In this document: piece by piece, positions 11,700-25,521 of the stretch
Position numbering within the stretch: position 1 is the stretch's first letter
How the letters are laid out: each line of letters opens with the position of its first letter
NCBI RefSeq assembly: GCF_009914755.1
Contig: NC_060930.1
DNA from: the human T2T-CHM13v2.0 reference genome, Homo sapiens
Length of the DNA stretch: 64,000 nucleotides
Direction: 5' to 3' (one strand)
Notes under the pieces: generated by a model
The model's input: only the letters and a program-made list of their open reading frames with translations
The model's database searches: none
What the model was told of the DNA's origin: nothing
Made by a program: the position numbers and the translations under genes

Positions 11700-11924
11700 C
11701 TAAAAGTGGCATTTCAACCTGGAAACAATATTGCCTGGAGCACAAAACCCTCTCTCCGGCAGCCTTGCAGGCTCCCTTCACCCCACCCTGTCTGGTGCTC
11801 TTTCCCGTCCAGCCATGCCTGGCCCCTGGGTGGGGCTGGCAGCTCTGGGAGAAGGTTGGGAAGGGGAGTGGAGAGTTGGGGGTTCATACCATCCACTGGC
11901 CAGGATCCCACTCAAATTGCTCAC

Positions 11925-12032
11925 TCCATGCCAGCGGACTCCTGTGACGTGGCCAGTCGGGTATCCATTCAGGAACTAATTCCCATCAAGCTGTTCAAAT
12001 AATGGTCATGGCTCCAACTCAGCCTTGGAAGG
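11925..12032 (-). pseudogene. Candidate exon, 108 nt
   Basis: Strong acceptor tttgttcttcccttccctggcaccacag|, donor GGA|gtgagc. Phase 2-2: LPRLSWSHDHYLNSLMGISS*MDTRLATSQESAGM. Confidence 0.5.
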
Positions 12033-12614
12033 CTGTGGTGCCAGGGAAGGGAAGAACAAAGCAGAGAAGCCACCGTGCCTCTCAAACCTGCCCTGGTTAA
12101 GGATTGATGGAGAGAATGCAGGAGGAGAATGAATGCATTGGCTGCGCGAATGAATGGTGTGAATTAATGAGTGGTATAAATGAAGAAAAGGACGCCGTAG
12201 TGAGGAGAGGCAAGCTCTTCATCATATGCCTCTGGCTGGCCTGTGTGTGTTGCCAGCATTTTTGTGCCTCACAGATGGCCATGTGGCTTTGCAGAAAGTG
12301 TTCATAGACACCCAAGAAGTCAGCCATTGGATGATAGGACGCTGTGTGAGGAAGGCTTAACATGTTCTCTGCTTTGCTGCTGTCTCTGCCCTATGGAGGT
12401 CCTGTTGAAAAGTTGACTCACTCATGTAAAAATGAACGTTTCGACCATGTCTGCCTGTCAGAGGCATTGGTTAGAGACCCTCTGCATGCTGCCCAAAAGA
12501 CAACTTTGGAGGCAGCTCCGTGCATGGTCAAGGGCAAACATTATACATATTTTTATTAAGTATAGAAACTGTGTGTGTGTATATATATATATATGTCTCA
12601 CATGCATAAACGTA

Positions 12615-13172
12615 CAGTTGATCCTCATTATTTGATAATTCTGTACTTGCAAATTTGGCTACTCACAAAAATGTATTTGTAACCCCCAAATCAGCACATG
12701 TGGTGCTTTTGCAGTCATTCTCGGACATGGGCAGAGTAGCGAAACATTTGAGTCACCTAACCGGTGGGTGCATTTCCAGCTGGGGACAAACAAGGTGAAG
12801 CTCTGCTTTCTGTTCCAGCTCTCAAACTGTAAATAAGAGTTCTTTCTGTGGTCTATTTAGTGCCACATTTTTCACATTTTTGTGCTTTTCGTTGGTGACT
12901 TCACTGTTTAAAATGGCCCCTAAACATAGCACTGACGAGCTGTCTGTGTTCCTGCGCCAGAGAAGGCTGTGATGTGTCTTACAGAAAGTAAGACGTCTTT
13001 AAACAGAAACACACTGAAACAAGGTTATGTATTGATCCGTTGACAAAACGTTGTGACCAGAGACTCACAGGGGCCTAACCTTGTATTTCCCCTGGAAGCA
13101 ATGGTTCAGTATTTGCTATTCCAGTGCTTGTGCTGATTTTATAGAATATTGCTACCACAAATAACAAGAACA
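12615..13172 (-). mobile_element. MER82 (Tigger-family DNA transposon)
   Basis: Begins TA|cagttgatcctcattatt; far end cctaaccttgtatttcccc...gcaatggttcagtattt matches the MER82 terminus. Confidence 0.75.
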
Positions 13173-13444
13173 TAAATATATATATTCAGTATCCGAATGA
13201 AACAAATATAGGCATAAATAATAAAACATCTCCTATCTACCACTCTCCAGCTCTGCTCCTCTTTCGTAGGGAAACATTGTTAACAGTTTAGGGTGCAGCC
13301 TCTGACATCTCTTCTATTAATTTACATACATAAAAATTAATATATATTACATAACATGCATAATTTTTATGGGAGTATTCTATGAAAGGAATTATATATA
13401 TATAAACTATATATATATATAGTTCACCTTTTATCACTTAGATT

Positions 13445-13975
13445 AGGGGTTGGCAAACTTTTTCTTTTTCTTTCTGTATTTTTTTGGCTTATAAACAACA
13501 GAAAGGTATCTCTCCCAGCTCTGGAGGCTGGAAGGCTGAGGTCAGGTACCAGCACGGTCAGGTTCTGGTGAAGGTCTTCTTACTGGTTGCAGATGGCCAA
13601 CTTCTTGTCGTATCTTCTCACCAAGACTGGAGAGCAGAGAGACTGGCAAACTCTTTCTGTGAAGGGCTGGAAAGTGAATATTGCTGGCTTTGTGAACCCC
13701 ATGGTCTCTGTCACATGCGTTGAACTCTGCTGTTGCAGTGCAAAAGCAGCCGTAGACTATATGGGAATGAATGGACATGGCTGTGTTCCGATAAAACTTT
13801 ATCTGTGGGCATTGAAATGTAGATTTCATGTAATTTTCATGGGTCATGAAATATTGTTCTTCTTTTCATTTTATTTCAACCATTTGAAAATGGGGAAGCC
13901 AGTCTTAGCTTATAGGCTATTTAAAAACAGGTGGCAGGCTGGATTCAGCTTATGGGGCTTAGTTTGATAACCCCT
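13445..13975 (+). mobile_element. MER58B-like hAT element with nested MaLR fragment (about 13480-13625), inside old L1ME sequence (about 13180-14260)
   Basis: aggggttggcaaacttttt start, aacccctg end; inserted ggcttataaacaacagaaa...ctggaggctggaag segment. Confidence 0.7.
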
Positions 13976-14423
13976 GATTTACATGGTATCTTGGAAATCT
14001 CTCCCCGTTATGACATGTAGATCTACCTCATTGTTTTAATGGCTGCCCAGTATTCCATTGCATGCATTTAGCTCAATTTATATAACCTTTTCCTTATCAA
14101 TGGACAAGTAGGTTATTCCAAACATTTCACTTAACAGAATATCTTTGTGCGCATACCTTTATGGATATGTGTATTTCTATGGAGTAGAATTCTAGAATTG
14201 GAATTGCTGGGTGAAAGGGTTAAAAGGTACGTACACTTTGAAAGTTGATACATTCTGTGAAGACAGAATGAATACATTCTGGAGTAGGCCAGAGATTTTT
14301 TTTTTCTAGATTTATTATCCATCCATAGAGCTGGGCTTCTTGTGAGAAGTAAGTGGTCCATACTCTCTTGCTCTGTCCCAGAACGGAGTACTGCACCTAA
14401 GACCTGTCTAAATAAACTCATGT

Positions 14424-14719
<296 letters not shown>

Positions 14720-14852
14720 AAATAAACTCATGTTTATTTTATTAATATTGCTCCATGGCTGCCCTTATTATAGGGTTGGTCAGGAGAGAGAGGCTAATAG
14801 CATCCAATCCTGCAGAGATATTGAGTAAGAGTGTCCTGGAAATGGGCCTTAC

Positions 14853-14894
14853 TTTGTTGAAGTAGGAACCAGAGGAGCTCTTGGGGAGCATAGC
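14853..14894 (-). pseudogene. Candidate micro-exon, 42 nt
   Basis: ctctttcctaag|...AAA|gtaagg. Phase 2-2, open: LCSPRAPLVPTST. Confidence 0.35.
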
Positions 14895-15756
14895 CTTAGG
14901 AAAGAGCTCCAGTGTCCTGTTTTCAGGGTTGGGCAGCTTAGAGGAGCCTGTTTATGGGGTCACACCAAACAGACTGGCCTCCCGTGGGCTGGATGTTTGC
15001 CTCAGGGAAGCACAAGGAGCAAAGTCAAAGACTAATAATTCATGCCCAGCTGCTGGACCAAGGGTAAGCTGAGGCCACAAACGGGAAGACAGCCGGGTGA
15101 GTGAGGCAGAGGCAGATGGGGACTAAAGTGGGGGGTTGTGATGAGCAATTCAGGGATTCAGGACGGAGGCCGTGAACCCAGGCGAGCAGCATAAGCCATG
15201 CCCAGCAGGGCTGCAGCTGAACTCAAGCCAGGTGGCAGGGAATCATGAGTGGGCCAACAGGAAATATCGATAGTGTGGACAGGGCTTCCTTATGAGAAAT
15301 TCACCTGTGTTAGGACAAAAATATGGCAAGAACTACGTAGGACAGCAGGGCGAGAGAAGATTTCTTTTAACTTCTGTACAGGCTGAAGGAAGCAAACCAG
15401 CAGAGAAGGGGAACATGAACGGTCAGGAGCAAGGAGAAGGGGTATTTGGCACCTAGTAGATAATCAACAACACTGGATCATTCATTCAACAAACATTAAA
15501 CTACCAGGAGCCAAAAAGCACTCCAGGCTCTGGGAAGGCTGGAATGAATATGCCGTGCTCCCACTCTCTGGTTCCCAGTGGAGTGGAAGCAAACAGGCTC
15601 TGACACCGAGAGGTTTAATGCATTGCTGCAAAGGCTCTGACCATAACAGGGCAGGGGTGGAGGAACCAAAAAAGGGCAGGGCCAGTTGCAGGGAGGGGAG
15701 TGGGGCAACTGCCTGGAGAAAGATAGGTTTTTTGATGTGTTTGTTTGCTTTATATA

Positions 15757-16425
15757 GGCTTTGTTTTTTAGAGCAGTTCTAAATTCACATAGATACTGAG
15801 CTGAAGGTACAAAGTTCCCACATGCCCCCTACCCCCTCACACACACAGCCTCCCCCACTGTCAACAGCCCCCACTGGAGTGCTACATTTGTTACAATGGA
15901 TGAACCTACATGGATACATCACTATCACCCAAAGTCCAGGATTTATATTAAGATTCACTCCTGGCGTTGTACATTTAATGGGCTTTGACAAATGTACAAT
16001 GACATATATCCATCATTATAGTATCCTACGGAGTATTTTCACTTCCCTAAAAATCCTCAGTGTTCTGCCAATTCCCCCCACCCCCCATCCCCTTAACCCC
16101 TGGCAACTACTGATCTTTTTACTGTCTCCACAGTTTTGCCTTTTCCAGAATGCCATCTAGTTGAAATCATACAGTTTATAGCTTTTTCAGATTGGCGTCG
16201 TTCTCTTAGTAACATGCATTCAAGTTTCCTCCATGCCTTTCATGACTAGATAGCTCATTTCTTGTTGATGTTGAATTCTATTGTCTGGATGCACCATAGT
16301 TTATTTATCCATTCACCGCTTGGAACATCTTGTGGCTTCCAAGTTTGGGCAATTATGAATTAAGTTGCTGTCAACATCAGTATGCTGGTTTTTATGTATG
16401 TGTGGAAATAAGTTTTCAACTCACT
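15757..16425 (-). mobile_element. L1MC1/2-like 3' end, inserted in L2 (about 15470-15690 and 16430-16720)
   Basis: ttttagagcagtt...gtacatttgttacaatggatgaacctaca signature. Confidence 0.8.
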
Positions 16426-17095
16426 GGCATGGAGAAACCTTTTGTAGAGAAGATAAAACCTGAGCTGTCCTTAAAACAGGAACTCTGTGTTTATTGACTG
16501 GTGGGGATGAGAGGACAGAGAAGACTCTCCAGGCAGAGAAACAACGTGAGTGAAGGCGCAGACTGGAGGTGGCTTAGCGGAGCCCAAGGTAGTTGGTGAG
16601 GGGTGGGGGGATGGCAGAGCTCTGTGGCTAGTGGTACAGGCTGGGCACAGACCATGGAAGAGCTTATTCAGCCAGCCCAAGAAATCTGGACTTTATACTC
16701 ACCTGATGAGGAGCCGTTTGAGGATTCAGCATGACCAACTGTCTCTGCATCCCCAGAGTCTTTCTTTTCACTTGCTGAGGAATGGGTCTAATACAGCGAG
16801 ATTGAAGTGCTACCATGCATTGCTTTCTCCTCTACATTATCCAGTCTTCTATGCAGCAAATAATTGTTGGTCACCTCCAAGGTGGCAGGCACTGATGTTC
16901 GTGGGACACACGGCAATGGGTTCCACCTGCCACCCTTGAACATCTCCAGTTCTAGCCTGGTTTTCCCATTACACAACCCCCACCAACTTCTACTGCCTGC
17001 GAGTAGGCTAAAACAAAACTTCACTCCTTAAAAGAAGTCCAACACGAAAAGAATTTTCACAGCCTGTCCTTATTGCTGCCAAGAATATATATTAC

Positions 17096-17471
17096 CAATT
17101 TCCAGTGGAAGCTCAAATGTCCATTTGTAATCACCCGGCCTCTGAGCACTAAGTTCAAGGGGGTCACAAGTCGAGGCTTCACCTACAAGGCTTGACTGCC
17201 TGGCTGCCCGGAGAGAGGTGTGGAGGGGGAGTGCGCCAGAGGCAGAGATGGAGCTTGAGACCCAAGGGGTCTAGATGCATGCTCCCTTGGGTTACAGCCC
17301 AGGGTTAAGAAGAAAACATCTAGAGAAATCCTGGTTGGCATGTTTCTAGCCCAGATGGAAGAGAAATAGGACAAGCTCCTAAAGGGTTCCAAAACCAACA
17401 CATGAGAAGTACTTGCTGCCAGCAAATTCGAGGTATGTTGGCATGCACAGCAGAAGAGAAATGTATTCACC
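17096..17471 (-). pseudogene. Candidate exon, 3' end uncertain (17183 or 17096)
   Basis: Very strong acceptor gtcttcttgtcttcccctttccaacag|. Phase-2 frame open for about 95 codons (3' half of ORF 17183..17803); donor ambiguous. Confidence 0.4.
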
Positions 17472-18292
17472 CTGTTGGAAAGGGGAAGACAAGAAGACGG
17501 ACGGCTGTTGAGAGAAGGCAGAGTGCTCCCTGCCAACTGCGAGCCGCCAGCTCTGTGAAGGAAGGCTGCTTCCAAACGACCGAGTGGGGCTGGGGTGAGC
17601 CAGGAGGAAGGGGCGCAGACAGCCAGGCGACAGGCATCTTGAGATGGGGGCTCGTGGCCCATCAGTCTGCCTGCCATCCTCTGTGCCTGCAGCCACTCCG
17701 CCTGCCTCTCTGCACCACTTAGGGGAGTCAATCTCCTGTCCCAGATTCCTTGCCCCAGACCCTCCTTCACGTTTGTCCCCTTCCCCCTCAGCTTCGCCTC
17801 CATCCTGTGTTTATTCTAACTCTACCCATCTTTGGGGGACATTTGTCACCTGCTGGGACCCATCTCTGCATACCCTCCCTGCATTTCAGATATCCCCCAC
17901 ATTATGAACCCCACATTATGAAGGGAGAAGCTAGAAAACTCACATCTCTAGACCCCGTTGCCATGTATTGCATTGTGACATGTCCACAACAGAATTCAGT
18001 TTGGGTGGCAAGGGGCTAGCAGAGATACTTGGTTCCTGAGGACATAGAAGGGATCCAGCTTCTGGTTTGCAGTGCAGGGGTTCCTAGCTCCCAAGTGGTG
18101 GTGGTGGGGGATGGGGAGATCTTTAAGAAACTCCTTTGTTTGGTTGGGCACTGCTTATGGCTAATAACTTCAGCATCTGGTTCTCCTGGAAATTTTGTGA
18201 GCTCTCCAAGAGTCTTGATTAAACTTATCTTTTCCCTTAAAGAACCCAATGGATTCTGTTGTTTGCAACTAAGAATTTTACTATTACACCAT

Positions 18293-18636
18293 TTGTCTTA
18301 GTTCATCCTGCTGTAACAGGTACCATAGACTGGGGTGGTTTAAACAAGAAAAATTTATTTCTCACAGTTTGGAGGTTGGGAAGTCCATACCCGGGTGCTG
18401 ACAGAGTCAGAGTCTGGTGAGAGTTATTGTCCCAGTTTACAGACAGCTGACTTTCCCTTCCATCTTCATATGGTGAAGAAAGGTATCATCTTTTTTGTAT
18501 CTCTGCTTATAAGGGCACCAATCTCGTTCAGGAGGGCTCCACCCTCATGATCTAATTACCTCCCAAAGGCTACCACATTGGAAATTAGGCATCAACATGT
18601 AAATTTTAAGAGTTCACAAACATCCAACCAATAGCA
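18293..18636 (-). mobile_element. MaLR LTR (MLT1A/MST-like)
   Basis: tgtcttagttcat...tttatttctcacagtt...ctccaccctcatgatctaattacctcccaaagg...atagca. Confidence 0.85.
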
Positions 18637-18660
18637 CCATCCTTCAAGAGTAGCTGAAGA

Positions 18661-19120
18661 TGCTATTTATGATAGCAAAGACATGGAATCCACCCAGGTT
18701 CTCTCCAATGGTGGACTAGATAAAGAAAATGTGGTACGTATACATCATAGAATACTACACAGCCATAAAAAAGAACAAAATCTTGTCCTTTGCAGCAACA
18801 TGGATGCAGCTGGAGGCCATTATCCTAAGCAAACTAACACAGGAACAGAAAACCAAATACCACCCATTCTCATTTATAAGGGGGAGCTGAACACTGGCTA
18901 CACATGGACATAAAGATGGGAATAACAGACACTGGGGACTACTGTGGGGAGAAAGGGACAGGGGGAAGGGCTGAAAAACTACCTACTGGTTACTATGCTT
19001 ACCACCTGGGTGACGGATTCATTCGTTCGTACTCCAAACCTCAGCATCACACAATACACCTTTGTAACAAACCTGCATGTGTACCTCCTGATTCTAAAGT
19101 AAAAGTTGAAAAAAAAAAAA
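18661..19120 (+). mobile_element. 5'-truncated L1PA15/16-like 3' end
   Basis: L1 3'UTR and poly(A); TSD aagagtagctg(a/g)aga at 18646 and 19119. Confidence 0.9.
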
Positions 19121-19489
19121 GAGTAGCTGGAGAAAGTGAATTTTCTGCTACTCTCTCTGAGGCCTTCAGATTCTGCAGCTGTGCCTGTCTTAAAATCTGC
19201 CCCACCAGCCAATTAAAAATTAAATTGCCTGTTGTCTTCAAATTTCTGCAGTGCTCGGGACTGCCTCTTCGCTGGGTTAGAAACTCTGAAGGCAGAGATC
19301 CTATCTTTTCTTCTTTTTGTCTTTTTCACACCCTAGCCTCATAGGTTTGCAGCATCCTACAGTTGGAACGGGACCGAGAGTATGCTGACCAAGCCACCCA
19401 TTTTATAGGCAAGGTGGGACTCGGAGCAGTGACCAGTGAGGTGACTGGTCTAAGCAGGAGGAAGGGGAGCATGAGCTGGAGAACAGGAA

Positions 19490-19841
19490 CTTGGCCTTTT
19501 CTGACTGTTGCCTCTTGGGAGAGTGCTGAAGCCATGTAGGGCTTTTGTATGGAAGATGCATCGTGTTATGACTTGAATTTAAACAGGGCCTTCTGAGGAG
19601 TTCAAAATGCTTCATCAACTTGAGAGTTCCAGGTTGTGTAATTTACACTCTTGGGAAGTACAAGGACAGGAGAAAGGCTCGTCTATTTGCAGTGTCAAAG
19701 TTAGGAATCTCCAGCTCCTTGCACTTCTGTGTCTGTTTCAGGAAGATAATGGGATATGAGTTCTGGTAATAGAAACACCTCCCGGGATGCATGTGGGGCC
19801 GCTGGAGGCCTCCCGAGTAACACTGAGTTCAGGCGTTCCTT
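19490..19841 (-). pseudogene. Candidate exon, about 350 nt, donor uncertain
   Basis: Acceptor ccatcatctcctccag|. Phase-2 frame RNA*TQCYSGGLQRPHMHPGRCFYYQNSYPIIFLKQTQKCKELEIPNFDTANRRAFLLSLYFPRV*ITQPGTLKLMKHFELLRRP..., 2 stops in about 115 codons. Confidence 0.4.
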
Positions 19842-19871
19842 CTGGAGGAGATGATGGAAATTTTCCATTTC

Positions 19872-20702
19872 AGGTATCTATTGCTGCTCAACAAATTACC
19901 CCAAGACTCAGTGGCTTAAAACGACACCATTCATTTGTCATCTCTCACAGTTTCTGTGTGCCAGGAATTTTGGAGCAGCTCAGCTGGTCGGCACCTCTTT
20001 ATAGCTTACAGCTAGACATGCCTGTGGCCAGGGTCATCCTGAAGGCTGTGTTTGGCAGCCGGGAGGGGAAACTTGAATGGCTGGGGCCCCTCGGGTATCT
20101 CACTCTATCTCTCAGTGGTCTCTCCAGCAGGGTGGCTTCAGAGTCGCCTGAGTCCTCCACATGGCTCGGGGCTCCAAAGATGTGTGTTCCGAGAGAGGGC
20201 ACCAGGCCTAGCCTTAGACGACACGCAAGGCCACTTCTGCCACACTGTGTATTTCAATTAGTTAGAAGTGAGTCCTTGAGGAAGCTGTATTCAAAGAGAG
20301 GGGGAATTAGGCATCCTGTCTTTATGAGAAGAGTTTAAAGAATTTGTAGACATGTGTTTTTTTTGTTGTTTTTTTTTTTGTTTGTTTTTTCCAAGATGGA
20401 GTCTCGCTGTGTCGCCCAGGCTGGGGTGCAGTGGCATGATCTCGGTTCACTGCAACCTCTGCCTCCCAGGTTCAAGCAATTCTCCCTGCCTCAGCCTCCC
20501 GAGTAGCTGGGATTACAGATGCCCGCCACCATGCCCGGCTAATTTTTGTATTTTTTAGTAGAGACAGGGTTTCACCATGTTGGCCAGGCTGGTCTTGAAC
20601 TCTGAACCTCAAGTGATTCACCCACCTTGGTCTCCCAAAGTGCTGGGATTACAGGGGTGAGCCACCGCGCCCAGCCTGTGGACATGTTTTTAAACCACCA
20701 CA
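19872..20702. mobile_element. MLT1 LTR interrupted by Alu
   Basis: tattgctgctcaacaaattaccccaagactcagtggcttaaaac...; resumes tttttaaaccaccaca after the Alu. Confidence 0.75.
20357..20676 (-). mobile_element. AluS
   Basis: Full-length antisense; TSD tgt(a/g)gacatgt. Confidence 0.95.
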
Positions 20703-22050
20703 GACCCCAAGTTCCAGAGGAGTGAAGTGATTTTCCCCAGGTTACATGGCTAATGTGTTAGCAGGACCAGGACTGGAACAGGAGACTCAAGGCTCATTGT
20801 CTTCTTCATGGCCAGCATTAAAATATTGAGGGAGTCAGATAAGGGGGTCTGATTTGGGGGATTTTCTCTAGAGTGTTACCTCATTTTTAAGCTGTCCTTA
20901 ATCCTTGGGGGAACAAGATGGCTGAGGATAGCTAAACAAAAAGAAGCAGACAGACAAACGTAACCTCAATTAATTACTGCTGATAATAATGGGCAGAGTG
21001 TCCCTTTATGTTTGTATAACATTTGGTCCAGAAACACACTGAACAACTTGTCAAAGATCATATAGAAAATCAGGTCAGAAACAGAATTAGAACCAGACCC
21101 CAGGTGTCCTTATTCCTGACTCATCTTTGCTCTGCTGTGCTGGCACACCTCCCTGGATAACTTGTCTGCTTCTTTATGAGAATAGTCTCATTTCATCTTT
21201 CAAATAGCAGTGGTGTTACCCATTATTACTTCTGGGCAGTGGCAGGACAATATAAGCAGGCAACTTGGCTCTGGCTGTTGCTGGGCATGGCAATGTTTTG
21301 CACGGTTAGGAGGAGCCATAGCAGTGATCGGGTGCAGCTCCCCCATTTCATAGATCTAGAAACCAAGGCAGGGCAGGCTGGCAGGATGTTGCATAGGTCC
21401 TTTGATGAGCCATGAGAAGGGTGGCCTTTGAATCAAGGTCTTTTTATGTAAAAATCTAGTTTGTTTCTTCCCTTCATGTCAGATTCCTGTGTTTTTCTGA
21501 AATGAAAAACAAACTGGTTTTGAAAAAATGGCTTGAATTTAATCACCCATTGCTCCCTGCACAGACCCTGGAAGGATTATTACTTTGGGTAACTTCCCAA
21601 ATCAATCAATCAATATGCAATTATTGAGCACTCTCTATTTACCCAGCATGGTGCTAGGTATGGATGATATTGAATGTAAAAACTGAATTTATACCAAGTT
21701 TATATGATGGTTCCTGGCTTCAAGTACCTTTATGAACCAAACCACACAGAATATAACATTTAACCAAATCTTGATCACATGGATGACACAAAATAACCTA
21801 ATTTCACAGAAATCACACCTTAACCAGTACTTTCTAGGAAAAACAAATGATTAATAGCAGTGTGCTTTTATAAAAAACACACATACATATGACGGCAGTG
21901 AACTTAAGCACTGCTGGAAAATCTGAAATGTGCGGCAGGCTTCTAATTAAAAAGATCATTTCCTGCAAAGCCAAATGGAATATTCTTCCCCTGCTTCTAT
22001 TTTTTTCCCCCATAAAACAAACTCTCTGCAAGAAATGTGAAATTTCTTAC

Positions 22051-22089
22051 GAGACTGAACATGCTAACTTTTCAAACATCCCAGTCAGT
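22051..22089 (-). pseudogene. Candidate micro-exon, 39 nt
   Basis: gcctcgtttcctcag|...CTC|gtaaga. Phase 2-2, open: LTGMFEKLACSV. Confidence 0.35.
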
Positions 22090-22412
22090 CTGAGGAAACG
22101 AGGCAATGACGACTTGGAAAACACCTCCCTTTACACACACATCCATGCACGTGTGTCCAGGCCCTGTTCATCAGCTGGGCCTGAGTCAGCCCCTCAGCAG
22201 AATCTGACAGCAGGGGGGAAATGTCTGGAGAAGCAGAGCCATGTCGAGTCAAGTCGCCTATTGGGTCTTCTGGTCCTACCACCAGACTGATCCAAACTCC
22301 AGCTTTGTCTATTGTACATCCTCTGTGACTTTTCCCAGCCAGAGTTTAAATGACTCAAGCTCCACCGTCTTCCCTAGAGGGGTTATACTGCAGCCAACTA
22401 GAACGAACTCAC

Positions 22413-22515
22413 CATTTGGAGTTGTATGCCTTTGATTGAGTCTAATTTTCCCTTTCCTTCTTTTCCCACTGTCATGTTTCTGCTGGATCCCTTTGGACCA
22501 CCCGTGGTGCCTGCT
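22413..22515 (-). pseudogene. Candidate exon, about 103 nt, phase unclear
   Basis: Consensus donor ATG|gtgagt and purine-rich body; acceptor catttgaag is weak. Confidence 0.3.
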
Positions 22516-22811
22516 CTTCAAATGTGTAGACCAAGATTTCTCAATGTATTGTGTCTGTGATACACTTTTGAATTTCAGCAGTCACAGCTGTGGTGGTGCA
22601 GAAGGTGGAACAGGGCACAGTGGGGTCTCAGCCCTTAGATCCAGACAGGCTCTGGGTCGGGCCATCTGTCTAACCACACCTTTGTTCTGTATTACACACG
22701 CATCTAAACACCATCATATCTCCCTCTGCTAGGGCCCTGCCATCTCTACTCTCAATCCCCTAAGCCAAATCTAGCACGGCAGAGTGAGGAAATCCAGAAT
22801 GTGGCAAACTA

Positions 22812-23129
<318 letters not shown>

Positions 23130-24714
23130 GAAAGTCTTTGGAACCCAGAAAAAGGGTGGCCTGCCCCCAGTTGAGAATCACTGTCATATATAGATCTAAA
23201 GGAAGTGAAACCTCTAACTAATTTACTCCCCACTCCCTACCCAGTTTGGCATTTTTATTCTTTCTTACGTCATTCTTGCTACTTCATTTTGAAATGCTGT
23301 GACAATTCTCTGAGTCCTCTTTTAAAACCTTAAGCCAAAAGAAACATGTATAATTACAGACAACTTTAATTCTTTGGCTATTTAACTCAATCATAATATG
23401 AGATTACTAGAAATAAGCCTGATAACTACATTCGTCACTTATTGATAAACGTACCAAAACACATAGTCTTGTTTAATTCCAAGAGCTAGTACAGACTCCA
23501 TCGTACAGGTGAGAACACTGAGGCTTAGCGGTGTTAGATACCTTGTGAAAGTCAGAGGCCTGGAATTTGAGTTTGGATGAGCTGGAAAGCTGAACCACAA
23601 CCAACACTGTCTCCTGCTCTCCTGGAACGACCAAGGTGAAGGTAGAGGGGAGGCGGAGGTGGGGACCAGGCAGACAGTTTGGCGCTGTGGGGCTTGGTCT
23701 GCTGTTTCACCACATTGCGCGTAGGACAGTATGTGTCAGACTTGTTTTCAGTTTTCAGTGATAGCTCTGCTGCTCCTAAATTGACTCATGTGCACGTCAC
23801 ACAGATGTGACAACACTGCCCCAGTGGAGTCTAAGTCATCAGGTTGACACAGCCGGAGGTCATTAGGACTTTGCCTGTGGGGAAGGGATGCAGACCTGGG
23901 TCTGGGAGAGAGTGCGACACGGCAATGTCCTTTGTTCGCTTTTGCTTCTGAAAATCCCATCAGGGCTGGAAATGATGCCAGTGGCTCCATCCATGCTTTG
24001 GCTGACTGCCAAACAGGTGAACTGGAGAATCTGTTAGTTACCCAGAGGGGCCTGCCCTGGGGACCAGAGGAAAGAGCTCTGATCCCAGGGCTGCTGTCAC
24101 TTTCTTTATGGAACTCTGTTGTTTGTGCTTCAATTCCCTAATCCATACAATGGGTATATTAACATCCCTTCTCTCCCTTTCCCAGAAATGTCTCCAAATG
24201 ACGCCACAGAACCACCTGCTATTCTTGCTGTGTCATCCAGGGGTAGGGCAAATTTTCCTGATGTTCCTCCCCTGGGAGGCAGGGCTCAGCTTTGTGCTGT
24301 GCACATTCCCCCAAAGCCCCCTGGAGGCTCTGGATCTGCTCTCTGTCCCAGAAGGCCAGTTCCTAGCGTGCCGCCCTCCCAACACCCTCTGCAGACAAAC
24401 TGCTTCTCACATACCACATTGTGAGCATCCAAAGTCCACGCTTTCCATCTTCAGGACTCAGCTCAAATTCTTAATCTGTGGACTAGTGGCAGTCATCAGT
24501 TCTAGGAAATTCTCAGCCATTAGGCCTTCAAACTGCCTTAGGCCCTTTCCCTCTTCCCTCACTTTTTGAAACTCTGATTATACACCAGACCATCTTACTT
24601 TATTCTCCATGGCTTTTAATCTCTTTTACATTTTCCATCTATTTATCTCTCTGGGCTACATTCTAGATCACTTCTCCAGTTCTGTCCTCCAGTTCGCAAA
24701 GTCTCTCCTGAGTT

Positions 24715-25016
24715 GCTGTTGTTGTTGTTGTTTTTGAGATGGAGTTTTGCTCTCGTTGCCCAGGCTGGGGTGCAATGGTGCGATCTTGGCTCACTGCAAC
24801 CTCCGCCTCCCAGGTCGCACCATTCTCCTACCTCAGCCTCTCGAATAGCTGGGATTACAGGTGCCTGCCACCACGCCTGGCTAATTTTTTGTATTTTTAG
24901 TAGAAATGGGTTTTACCATGTTAACAAGGCTGGTCTCAAACTTCTGACCTCAGGTGATCCACCTGCCTCAGGCTCCCAAAGTTCTGGGATTACAGGCGTG
25001 AGCCACCGTGCTGGGC
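24715..25016 (-). mobile_element. AluS within an old L1M fragment (about 24450-25220)
   Basis: TSD gtctctcctgagtt; (TTG)n tail. Confidence 0.95.
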
Positions 25017-25521
25017 TGTCTCTCCTGAGTTTTAAATTTTTATTTTATTTTATGTCTAGACTTTCACTTTCTAGAAGTTCCATTCTGTTCTTTCACAAAT
25101 ATGCTTACCCTTTACTCATATTTTAAAGATGCTCTTTCATTTATCGAAAACAGTTATATTCGGTGTTTGATAATTCCAGAATCAGAAGTCTTTGTATGTG
25201 AATTCTGTTGTTTCTGCTGAATTTCCACATCTGTAAAATGGGAAGAATATCACCCACTTTGCATGGTTATTGTCTGGATTAGAAATAATACCCATAAAGC
25301 AGCCAGCCCAGAAGTTGGTTTGTAGAGGGAGGTGTTTAATAATTAGTAGCCATGATCACCGATGTGGTTGCTATTGTTAGAAACTTCTACCACAAATGTT
25401 CACCAGGGCCAGAGATAAAAAATTAAGAACAAAAGAGAAAAAGATGGCATTGGGCAAAGACACAAGGAATTATTCCCCTCAGCTCTGCCAATTAAAAATT
25501 GTCCCATGAGAGACATTGTAC

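Noticed and set aside
24713-25126. ORFs overlapping Alus (also at 14418, 26521, 30845 and 35301)
   Set aside because: Standard Alu-derived translations.
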